Part shown: positions 25,056-35,203 of the stretch, one piece after another | Numbering within the stretch: position 1 is the stretch's first letter | How the letters are laid out: every line of letters starts with the position of its first letter | DNA from: Massalongia carnosa | Lineage: Eukaryota | NCBI GenBank assembly: GCA_965645245.1 | Contig: OZ287077.1 | Span: 868,001 to 932,000, forward strand | DNA length: 64,000 bases | Direction: 5' to 3' | Notes under the pieces: generated by a model | Databases searched by the model: none | Seen by the model: only the letters and a program-made list of their open reading frames with translations | Told to the model about the DNA's origin: nothing | Program-made: the position numbers and the translations under genes

Positions 25056-26615
25056 TCAAGGCCCAGGACTAGGCCAGGTAGCGATACCCAGCCCAATTCT
25101 ACTAGAAGAAGCATCTCCGGTTCTAGCCTTTTTGTTGCTTCTTGCTACCCCATCATAAGCGTTAACATCGGTCCCACGCTTCTTTGGGCCTTCATTGCTC
25201 TCGATTCCTGTCTTCTTCAACTGACCATAGATCTTACCCTGCTTCATGCCTTTCGAGTCTGCTGAGCGTCCTGGTCTAGTCGTGCTGTCACTCTTTTGCG
25301 TTGAAGTTCGACGTAGCATACTGGTAGCCCTTTGGCTCGCTTGAGAGGCCGGAACATCGTAATCGGTGAAGGTTTCTTCTTCATTGTCGGAAGCAGAAAT
25401 AGTGCTATCACGGTCCTCCCGATGGCCTTCTTCGTCGTGAGGAAGTTGGGTGCTTTGCGCAGAAAGGCTGAGACGGGATTCTGCTGTTGCACGATTGACT
25501 GGTGTGAAAATGGCACCGTCCGCATTCATGGGCCGGGAACGAGTAGGCGTCGCTGGAAGTGAAGAAAGCGAATGGGCCCCGCGAACGTGAGATGAATGTA
25601 GCTTCTTAGGCTTTGTGCGAGATGGAGTCGTAGGAACGCTGTTTGTCTCGGCATTCAGAACTTGCCCTGCAAACAAAAGAGCGTCGAACGGATCTTGGCT
25701 TCCAGCATGACTTTTTACGCCTAGCGCTGTCTGAGAGCCTTTAGGAGTTTTCGGTGTACCCTTGTGAAGTGGGCTATTGAAATCTGTAAGTGGTGTACCA
25801 TTAAGCGAAAGGGCGCCAGATGATCGCATAGCATTAAAGTGGTCTCGGTTCTGCTTGATACGCTGTCGCAGCATTTGGGTGGTTTCCACCAAGTCAGTAT
25901 TTTTTCCGTCCAACTGAACGATCAACTTCTTCGCTTGCTGCAGGCGTCGCGTGAGGATAGCATTGTCTGCGTGCAATTCACGGCAACGCTTTAGGGCAAG
26001 ATCCAAATGGCGTTGGGTCGAGGACTGTGGGGAACGAGGACTCATGGCATTGCCCACACCACCACCGTGTAATTGCGCACATTCTTGGAGTACTTGGACC
26101 TCACGACGAGTCATCTCATGCTCTACCTCGGCTCGCTTCATTGACTCGGAGTTTTCGATGCTCAAAAGACTGTGTTGAAGTTTTGCATGCGCGGCGGACA
26201 TTCGAGCCTCACCAAGTGCCGGAAGTAGCTCCTCGACGAGACTTCGCAATTGTTCTTCGGTAAAATCTTGGACTGAGTCCACTGAAGGAATCTCACCAAA
26301 CAACCCAGCTGCATATGAGAGATTTCCATGTTTGAAAGCTGCAAGAGGTGATGCAACCAAAGCTTGTATCTTGCGGAAGGAATCGACCTGAACTACTTTG
26401 CTTGTGGATTCCGGAATCTGCGAAGACGGCGGGGGTGTCAAATCACTCGATGCAAGTGGAGGTGGAGAAGTATATTTGGCATCTGTCTTTTGGCTGTTAT
26501 CGGCCGTGCTAGAGTGGCTCACGGGCGTAGCACCAGAGCGGCAGTCGGGCTCCGGCGTCGGAGTATGCGGTATCAAAAGTCCCGACATATTGTACCCTAA
26601 GGAGCGGTCAATCAT
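25056..26615 (-). CDS. Hypothetical protein with central coiled coil and S/P/T-rich disordered ends
   Basis: 519-aa uninterrupted ORF; EARMSAAHAKLQHSLL...RAEVEHEMTRREVQVLQ heptad-like region. Confidence 0.75.
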   Translation of the reverse strand: MIDRSLGYNMSGLLIPHTPTPEPDCRSGATPVSHSSTADNSQKTDAKYTSPPPLASSDLTPPPSSQIPESTSKVVQVDSFRKIQALVASPLAAFKHGNLSYAAGLFGEIPSVDSVQDFTEEQLRSLVEELLPALGEARMSAAHAKLQHSLLSIENSESMKRAEVEHEMTRREVQVLQECAQLHGGGVGNAMSPRSPQSSTQRHLDLALKRCRELHADNAILTRRLQQAKKLIVQLDGKNTDLVETTQMLRQRIKQNRDHFNAMRSSGALSLNGTPLTDFNSPLHKGTPKTPKGSQTALGVKSHAGSQDPFDALLFAGQVLNAETNSVPTTPSRTKPKKLHSSHVRGAHSLSSLPATPTRSRPMNADGAIFTPVNRATAESRLSLSAQSTQLPHDEEGHREDRDSTISASDNEEETFTDYDVPASQASQRATSMLRRTSTQKSDSTTRPGRSADSKGMKQGKIYGQLKKTGIESNEGPKKRGTDVNAYDGVARSNKKARTGDASSSRIGLGIATWPSPGP

Positions 26616-27298
26616 GAATTCGTCAGTAAGTGTACCTATAACTACAGCAAAGGTGAAATATCACTCACTGAGTTGGCGTTTCTGAGCTAAGTGTTGATGA
26701 GCTTACTTCGGCTGGATAAATAAACAACCGAAACCGGCGGAATCCGTATTTCAGCAAGCGACAACTGCCAAATACTATGCGATCATGCACGGATAATTAA
26801 GTATGCACGCTACTGGACCTCTAGATGAAGTCCAGATCAGTCGTGGAGGTGAAGTGAAATGGAGAGCGGAGAGAGAGGTTGAAGAGGAGTTTGAGACTTG
26901 TCCACATGATGGTTGGATTCACTCGCTTAGCGCTAAGGTAGCTAAGTGCGGATGCTTCCGTAACTAACGTTAATCCGCTACCGTAATATTTGATCCCTAA
27001 CACATCTTTAGTGAACGCGTGCGCACGTGATTCGTTCGTGGGGTAACCAGACTGTTAAACGGTACCTCCTCCCCCTACAGAGCACCCTTTACCTATTAGG
27101 CTGTACTTATCCTCATCGACGTTTGTCAGCGTCGTCCTTAAAATTGACGGATTTAGATATTTGTTACACTGGATTCGAGACAGCGACAGCTTAAACCTAT
27201 TTGGTTTGACTGAGTTTCTGTACATGCAGCAAAGTTCTATGTCAAAAATCTAAAATCATGAGTTACATGTGAACGGTAAACCCCAATTCTCCTTCATA

Positions 27299-30200
27299 AT
27301 GGAGAAATCTGCGGATACCTCTCGTCTCCCAAGATCCTCAGGTATTTCGCGGTTGCCCAAATTTCCGATATCACGCATCCCGAGCAAGCCCTCCTCGTCT
27401 CAATTGCCGGAGAAGTACGGGTTGAGTGTGCCAAGATCACGACTTAGAGAAAAACCCACGACCTCTTTCACTCAAACAGCCCAAGGCCACACGGGCGTAG
27501 GTGATAATCCTAATGTACCTATTTCTAAGAACGAGGATCGAGGCTCTAGCAGCAATGTTGAGCTCAAGGAATCCTCACGAGATATTCTAGGCAACATGCC
27601 TGATCCTGATCCGATTAGGCAAGATGACAAGAAGGAAGAGAACGAGGCTGGTGCAGCAGGAAGTGTTGATTTGGACTCCCAGAGTTCTACTAAAAGCACA
27701 TATGCTATGCCTCATCGTCCTAGGATGTCATTGTCTGATCGAACTATCGAAACGCTCTCACAGATTCCCCCTTCTCCCTCACCTCGCCGGAGAAAGTCTA
27801 ACTTCTATCCTGCTGAACGACCACCGAGTAGTCTGTCACGTCCCGCATCATCCTTAAGCCAATCGCGTCCAGGTACGAGTAATGGGCTTCGTCCTTCCGA
27901 TTTTTCAACCCCAAGACGGCCATCTCCAACGAAACGACCAATTGATACGATGAATGGGAGCTACTCGGTGAAGCAAACCCCAAATCGAAGATCTATCAGC
28001 TCTTTTGTCCCGAGGAGCTTGACGCGCTCTCAAATGATATCACATGATAAAGCTGAAACCATTCCCACCAAGCTTCCTCCAGTCCCACAGCTGTCGGGAA
28101 ATCTAGTTGCCAAGTGGCCAAATAGTCAGCCGACAAAGAATGGATACGCAAATGGATCAGATACTACTAGTAAGATGGCAACCTCACATGTTAAATCATC
28201 TCAATCCTTCAGAAATGGCGCCGGGAATGATCAGGCAGTGAAGTCACAATTCAAAAGTAAAACCTATGCTCCGAAGTCTTCCAGGCAAAGACCTCCTGTA
28301 TCAAATCTGTTTCCCCAAACGCCGCCCAATGCGAACAAGGAGAAGAAGAATATAGTCAGTGTTCTGCCTCAGAAATTAGCAACCAACGTAACGATAAAAT
28401 CAAGACAGCCCTCATCGATGATTTCAGCTGTTGTCATGCCTTCTCGGACCGTTAGCGCATCTGATGGACCTAGTTCGTTAGCTTCAGGCACATCTTCTCT
28501 TAAAGAGTCGCCCAAGTCCTCTGCGGCTCTTCGCGAAACGATTGCCAAAGCTAAGGCAGCGCGTCGTACAGCTATGAAAGAACAGGGGAGCCAGTCAGTT
28601 GCGGAGTGCCGGGTCATTTCACCAAACAAGACCGTCGATAGTAACGGATTGTTTGGCCAAGCAGATCAAGCTCAAAATGTGCTACGTAAACGCATCAACG
28701 AAGCAAGAACTTCCGGTCGGCTGAATATTTCTGCAATGGGTTTAGCTGAGTTTCCAAAGGAGATCAATGAGATGTACAACTTTGAAAGAATTGAGTCTGA
28801 TCAAGGCGCATGGTACGAGAGCGTCGACTTGGTCCGAGTGATTGCTGCAGACAATGAACTCGAGGTTCTTGAAGACTGGATATTCCCTGACATTTCCATA
28901 GAGGAAGCTAAGGATTTAGATGATTTCTGTGGGAACACTTTTCGCGGCTTGGAAAGCTTAGATCTGCATGGAAACCGCCTAACCATGTTACCTGTAGGCT
29001 TGAGGAGATTGGAGCGTCTCACGACGCTGAATCTCTCTAGGAACCGACTTACAAACGAATGCCTCGATCTTCTGGGCCAAATTCATTCACTCCGGGAACT
29101 TCGCCTAGGTAAAAACCATTTGAATGGGGAACTTGTTGGGTTGCTGAGCGCTTGTCGAAGTCTTGAAGTCCTTGACCTGCACGACAATGCCATTAGCAAA
29201 ATCTCAAATGACCTAGCAGATCTTCTTAGATTACGGGTTCTGATTGTGGCTGGAAACGGGTTGACCTCATTACCGTTCCAGTCACTTCAAAAATTGCCAC
29301 TCGTCGAACTAGATGCTGCCAGGAATCGACTGGCCGGCACGCTCATACCAAAGGACATCGATGCATTGCCCAATTTGAAATCTTTGAACGTCTCCAGCAA
29401 TGCACTAACTAATCTACAAATCAGTACAGTCGCATTACCATCTTTACAGGTACTTAACGTTGGGGAAAATAGATTAGGCGCCCTCCCTATCCTTACGGAA
29501 TGGAAAAATCTTATAACCATCTCCGCAGGAGGCAATCAAATCACCTCGATTCCAGAAGGCCTGACCTCTCTTGAAAGTCTACGGAACCTAGATTTGGCTC
29601 GCAACAGCCTTAAAGCGCTCGACAACAACATTGGTCTCATGGATAGCCTGACAAACCTCCACATCGCAAACAACCCCCTCCGTGAACGCCGCCACCTAAC
29701 CCTACCAATCGACGACCTCAAAACCGAGCTTCGAGATCGCCTTCTCCCCCCACCAGAACCCTTGTCAGTCACTTCTTATGAGCAGAATGACAACCCCCTT
29801 TGTCAACCCCTCTCTCAGGACTCCAAACCCCTCAGTAAATGGCCTGTTACCCAAAGCGGAATTTTGGATCGCTCCGGCACCTCTCTCCAGACGCTAAATA
29901 ATATTGATCTTGAACCAGTCCTACATCCCACCCCCATCCGCTCCCTCATCCTCCACCACAACATCCTTACGCACATCCCCCCTGCTATATCTCTTCTCGG
30001 CGCAACCCTTACAAGCCTTGACCTCGCCCACAACCGCCTTTCCTCCACTACCCCGTCAAACCTACACCCCATAACCCTCCCCCACTTAACAAGCCTCTCC
30101 CTAGCCTCGAATGCCCTTTCCTCCCTCCAACCCCTCAAATCCCTTACGGCCCCTCTCCTCCAAACCCTAAATATAGCCCATAACCGCATCCCTTCTCTCC

Positions 30201-30487
30201 CCGCGCTGCGCCCCCAATACCCTTGTCTCACCATAATCCTCGCGTCTGAAAACACCATTACCAATTTGGAGATCGAGAGCGTCAGGGGCTTGGCGGTGCT
30301 GGACGTTACCGGCAACGAGATCACCAGCTTAAGGGCTGAACTCGGGTTGCTGGAGGCGAAGGGGCTAAGAGATTTTAGGGTTGGGGGAAACCGATTTAGG
30401 GTTCCGAGGAGGGAGGTGGTGGAGAGGGGGAGTGCGGCCGTTTTGGCCTGGTTGAGGGGTAGAATTGTTGAGGGGAATGGTGAATGA
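27299..30487 (+). CDS. Leucine-rich repeat protein (LRRC40-like C-terminus, long disordered N-terminus)
   Basis: Over 1060 aa ORF with many LxxLxLxxNxL repeats (LESLDLHGNRL, LEVLDLHDNAI); C-terminal GNRFRVPRREVVERGSAAVLAWLRGRI. Confidence 0.9.
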   Translation: MEKSADTSRLPRSSGISRLPKFPISRIPSKPSSSQLPEKYGLSVPRSRLREKPTTSFTQTAQGHTGVGDNPNVPISKNEDRGSSSNVELKESSRDILGNMPDPDPIRQDDKKEENEAGAAGSVDLDSQSSTKSTYAMPHRPRMSLSDRTIETLSQIPPSPSPRRRKSNFYPAERPPSSLSRPASSLSQSRPGTSNGLRPSDFSTPRRPSPTKRPIDTMNGSYSVKQTPNRRSISSFVPRSLTRSQMISHDKAETIPTKLPPVPQLSGNLVAKWPNSQPTKNGYANGSDTTSKMATSHVKSSQSFRNGAGNDQAVKSQFKSKTYAPKSSRQRPPVSNLFPQTPPNANKEKKNIVSVLPQKLATNVTIKSRQPSSMISAVVMPSRTVSASDGPSSLASGTSSLKESPKSSAALRETIAKAKAARRTAMKEQGSQSVAECRVISPNKTVDSNGLFGQADQAQNVLRKRINEARTSGRLNISAMGLAEFPKEINEMYNFERIESDQGAWYESVDLVRVIAADNELEVLEDWIFPDISIEEAKDLDDFCGNTFRGLESLDLHGNRLTMLPVGLRRLERLTTLNLSRNRLTNECLDLLGQIHSLRELRLGKNHLNGELVGLLSACRSLEVLDLHDNAISKISNDLADLLRLRVLIVAGNGLTSLPFQSLQKLPLVELDAARNRLAGTLIPKDIDALPNLKSLNVSSNALTNLQISTVALPSLQVLNVGENRLGALPILTEWKNLITISAGGNQITSIPEGLTSLESLRNLDLARNSLKALDNNIGLMDSLTNLHIANNPLRERRHLTLPIDDLKTELRDRLLPPPEPLSVTSYEQNDNPLCQPLSQDSKPLSKWPVTQSGILDRSGTSLQTLNNIDLEPVLHPTPIRSLILHHNILTHIPPAISLLGATLTSLDLAHNRLSSTTPSNLHPITLPHLTSLSLASNALSSLQPLKSLTAPLLQTLNIAHNRIPSLPALRPQYPCLTIILASENTITNLEIESVRGLAVLDVTGNEITSLRAELGLLEAKGLRDFRVGGNRFRVPRREVVERGSAAVLAWLRGRIVEGNGE

Positions 30488-30992
30488 GGGAGGTGCGGTG
30501 AGGAGGAGGGAGGATGTTGGGGGGAACAGACTAGGTGGGAATACATAGATAGGTCGGGGATCGAGGTCTAGTTGAGTCAACTCTAAATGAGCTGGGTTAG
30601 TTTAGACAAATAAATAGATGGCTATACCTACCTACCTACCTACCTACCTAGCTTAGTCTTGGAAGGCAGTGACTCCCGCCGTCACGTTGCTTGGAGAGAT
30701 GAGAAAAAATCCCATGCATGCATGCAAAGGGACTGATTTAGCTTCATCCAGTCCAGTTCGCTTCCATGCGTCGGCGTTGTCTATGTAGGTGACGACACCC
30801 TTCCCAGATATCTCCCTTATCCATCCATCCATCTGAAATGCTAGGCAAATAGGTACGTACACGGAGAACTTGTAGTAGGTAGGTATGCCCCCGAAAATGC
30901 AGGAAAAGGGAGTTCTATGGTCAGATTCCCGCCCCCCTGAGATAAGACCGACGTCAAAGGATTTACAGTTAATTACCACCGTTCCCTTCAAT

Positions 30993-33011
30993 TCACTCAT
31001 TCACCTCCATATCCTTCCCTCCCTTCCCCTTCCCCGACTCTTTCTCCCCCCCCCTCTCCCCACCGACAACCTCCCAAACCCGCCTCACCGCCTCAAAAAC
31101 GCCCACCTCCCCCACCAAAGGCTCAAACATCTCCGCCACCTTCCCCAGCGCCGCAGATCCATCACCGCCCCCAGCCGTCCAGGACTCGGGGAAGGTGGCG
31201 TGCGCGGAGAGCTGGCTGTGGAGGGCGCCAGCAGGGGAGATTGCGAGGCGCCAGGTTGTGAGGAGGGAGGTGGTGGTAGTGGTGGATGGATTTTTACGGC
31301 TTAGGAGAATGGATGGATAGAAGTGGTGGGAGGTGAGGGGTGCGGGGGTGGGGATTGTTGCATTGGTGGTGGAGCTCGACCGATTTGAAGATGGTTTGGG
31401 TGTAGCGATTGTTTGTGGGCTTCCCGGGGATTGTTGGGTGGAAGACGGAGCGGATTCCTGCAGTTCTTTGTTTGTTGCAGGTGAGGCGTTGTTGGTAGAG
31501 GAATTTGGCTTGAGCTCTTGTTCGCATCTCTGCCAGCACAAGGCCCTAGACCTGGAAAGTTTCCAGTAGTGAGAAATCGTTTTTTCGGTGATGGATCTGT
31601 CCAGGTTGACAGCTTCCCTTCGAAGCCATTGGCCTAATTCTTTGTCTGCCCAGGGGGAGATGTCTGAAATGATCAGACTAGTATTCTTTTGGGTGTTTTT
31701 GTCCACGATAAGTTGGAACTGAACCGTTAGGAATTCCTGCGGGGAGGTGATGGTAATTTTTTGGTGTTGGAGGATTAGGTTGTTCCGGCTGTCGTCTGAG
31801 GATAGACTTTCTATAATGGAGATTCCGAGTGCGCCAGGGGCATTTGGATTGGTGTGATCCCTGATTGGCGGGCCAGATTTGGTTGGGTCTATCTCTGAAG
31901 CAGGGGGTTTTGAGAAAGGTAGGAAGAGAGCAAGGCGATCTGCGAGGGATAGCGGCTTTGGTTGTGCTTTTATGGTCAGTGTTGAACCCGGAGCAGCTCT
32001 TTTATATCTAATTAGCTCTAGATGGTTCCCTCCGCCATATAGCGTTGCTTACACTTTGTTTTTAATATGATTTCGACCTGCCGCCTGTGCCTGTAAATGA
32101 AGCTTTGTATGGACAACTAGGATCCGAGGTCCAAAGGTCGACGAAGACGATTTTTCGATATCCTTCGATACTGTAATGGGAGCTCTAGGCTTCGAAGAGA
32201 AGTGTGGTTCTGTTTGTTTCCTCCTCTGCGGCCTCCGGCTGGGACTATCGAACAACGGGCCTTTGGGCGGACTAGGCTGTGCCTCAAGTCCGAGCTGGCT
32301 TGGTGTTGATGAAAGTCTTGGCATCACGCTATCGGTTGATTTATTTGTGGGCGTGGGGGATAATACTGGTTCTTGTTGATCTGCATGGTCCATATTATCT
32401 CGGCTTCCCTGCATTCTCTGGTTCATATGATGGAGAATGGTTTCTTGTGGAACTTCTAATTGATCTTTAAATACCTCGAGGATCGGTTGGGCCTCATTAT
32501 CCGTAGCTTGTGGAGGAGATGCTCGCGGATCCTGAGATGTGGCTAGTTGGATTTTTTCTGCACCTAAAGGTACGGTGGTTGGTACATGTAATATTCCCCT
32601 TGGAGGGGTATGGAGCTCATTCCCCGCAACTCTTGCCGTCGCCCCAGAGAACACCAATACCGATTCTTCAGGCATCCCCTTTGGCTCAATCATCATCTTT
32701 CCGTGTTCCGGTTTTTGTGAAAGAGCTATAGGAGAGCCAGTCACCATCTTCCGCCCAACATTTGATTCAGGTCGCTGCTCGTTCCCAATACTCTGGCTTC
32801 GTGAACTGCGGCGTGGGTTCTGCTCCACCAACACTGGCGGGGGTAAGAGATGGGGATTGAAGCGGGCGAGACTCGCTTTTGTCGGCGACATAAATGATGC
32901 TCGGAGGGGATTTCCATCATGGCTAGCTGATCTTGTGGGAGTTCGCGGGACTGTCAGGTCAGCCATGGTGTCTGTTGATGTTTTTTGCCGCTTTAATGGA
33001 GGCTCTTCCAT
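30993..33011 (-). CDS. Multi-exon protein; C-terminal half resembles kinetochore CENP-P/Ctf19
   Basis: ORFs 32049-33011 and 30993-31706 are joined through an intervening region with splice-like signals. PWADKELGQWLR and WRLAISPAG...FEPLVGEVGVFEAV resemble the CENP-P RWD pattern (recalled, not searched). Confidence 0.6.
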
Positions 33012-33167
33012 TTTGTGTTAAGATGTTGACACTATGACAGCGGGATGCTGATATTGAATTTCTGATATTCGATATTTCAAGCGCAAGGCATTATGGAGTA
33101 GCGAAATTGGTTGACGTAAAGTTTTGTTATCTCCACAGCGACAAGTAGATATGTACAGTACCCAATA

Positions 33168-35196
33168 CGAGACTGTGCCATCTCAGACCTGAGATTAATT
33201 TGCTACTACTTTTCATTTGCTTACTATTTGGCTTGCTATTTTTTCATGCGAATCTCAAAATATCTCGGATTTCTGCTCCGGACCTGCACCGCTTCGCTTC
33301 GCAACGGCCCTGCGCCATCTCCTTGCCACCCGTCAAGGCATCTGTCAAAGCATCTTTCAAATAGTCTCCCAGATAGCCTCCGCTGATTGTAATAATGCCC
33401 CACATCTAGCTCCTAAATAGCCTTCAAATAGTCTCTGCCGCTTTTCAAATAGCCTCCCTTTTTTCCCTGAAAATTCCACCTCGACATTTTTGTCTGCTAC
33501 CCAGAACACCGTTTATCTACCATCTAGACCACCTTTTGTCAATCATCCAAACCATCTCTTAATCACCGTCCTGACCACCTTTTGACCACCACCCTGATCA
33601 CACTTTGATCGTCACCCGTATTACTTTATGTCCACCCTCCAGACTATCTTCTCTACATCGTCCAGATCAACTGACAGATCATCGTCCAGACCACCCTTTA
33701 ATCATCACTCAGATCACCTTTTGTCCATCATTCAGACCTCTTTGATCACTATTCATATCATCTTTTGTCCATCACTCATATCATCTATTGACCAACGTTC
33801 ATATCATCTTTTGTCCACCTGCAAGACCACCTTTTGACCATCACTCAGACCACCTTTTGATCACTATTCAGATCCCCTTTTTTTCACCTCCCATATCATC
33901 TTTTGTCCACCTGTCAGATCATCTTTTGTCCATCGTCCATATCATCTTTTGTCCATCGTCTATATCATCTTTTGTTCATCGTCTTGACCTACTTCTGATC
34001 ATCACCCAGACCATCTTTTGTCCACCACTAATAACTTTTTTTTCACCTGTCGGGCCAACTTTTGTTCATCACCCAGATCACCTTTTGTCTATCGTCCAGA
34101 CCACCTTTTGACCACCTTTTGACCACCTTTTGTCCACCTTTTGTCCATCATCTAGACCACCTTTTGTCCACTGCTAATATAACCTTTTGTCCACCTGTCA
34201 GGCCACATTTTGTCCACCTGCCAGACCACCTTTTGTGCACCCCTCATATCACCTTTTGATCATCGTCCAGACCACCTGCCAGACCTCCTGCCAGACCACC
34301 TTTTGTCCACCTGCCAGACCACCTTTTGTCCACCTGCCAGACCACCTTTTGTTCACCTGTCAGACCACCTTTTGTCCATCCCTCATATCAACTTTTTATC
34401 ATAATCCAGACCACCTGCCAGACCACCTTTTGTCCATCACCCAGACCACCTTTTTTCTACCTGCCAGATAACCTTTTGTCCACCGCTAATATCTCCTTTT
34501 GTCCACCAGCCAGAACAACTTTTGTCCATCACTTATATCACCTTTTGATCATCCTCCAGACCACCTGCAAGACCACGTGCCCGACCACCTTTTGTCCATC
34601 ACCCAGCCACCCAGACCACCTTTTGTCTATCACCCAGACTACCTTTTGTCTATCACCCAGACCACCTTTTGTCCACCTGCCAGACCATCTTTTGTCTATT
34701 ACCCAGACCTCTTTTTGCCCATCACCCAGACCACCTTTTGTCCACCTGCCAGACCACCTCGTGTCCACCACTAAAATCATTGAATAGTCAGTAAATAATG
34801 ATAATTGAAATAAATTATGAAATAGATTAAGCAGATGATGAAGTAAAGGATGAAGTAGCAACGCGTTAACAAAACAATAATAATGTTGACATAATCGACA
34901 CTAAATTACATCGAGTCAACGTTAAACCGAATCGAGGTTTTTTGCAAGTTCGTTAGACGGACGGATTTAGCGCGGTTTTCGGGAACATCAAAACATGAGA
35001 ACCTCTAATGACCACCTCTCACGGCCCACAACGGGCGTAAAAGAACGTAGTTTTCGCGATACGGATTGATATCCACAGGATCAGTTGATCTACCAAGTTT
35101 GACGAAGTGAAACGGTCCGGTACGGTAGAGGCAAGAGGGGAGTTTTTGGTCCTGTCCGCACGACGTCCTCTCCGCATTAAACGGTAATTCAGTACT
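33168..35196 (-). mobile_element. Non-autonomous Helitron-family element with internal tandem array
   Basis: Shares both ends with the adjacent coding Helitron: CGAGACYGTGCCATCTCAGAMCTGAGATT (33168 vs 35204) and an approximately 280-bp segment (34919-35196 vs 38594-38875). No coding capacity. Confidence 0.75.
33520..34775. repeat. Degenerate minisatellite, unit about 23 bp (CCAGACCACCTTTTGTCCACCTG)
   Basis: Dozens of variants of CCAGACCACCTTTTGTCCA, more homogeneous toward the right end. Confidence 0.92.
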
Positions 35197-35203
35197 ATAT
35201 AGA

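Noticed and set aside
29815..30546. 243-aa antisense ORF, and similar antisense ORFs over other genes
   Set aside because: Shadow frames of real genes caused by codon bias.
33520..34775. CRISPR-like appearance of the repeat array
   Set aside because: Eukaryotic context, contiguous degenerate units without unique spacers, and no cas genes.
33628..34861. Many overlapping ORFs with repetitive peptides (PDHLLS, TTFCPP)
   Set aside because: They are translations of the 23-bp minisatellite in all frames, not a gene.
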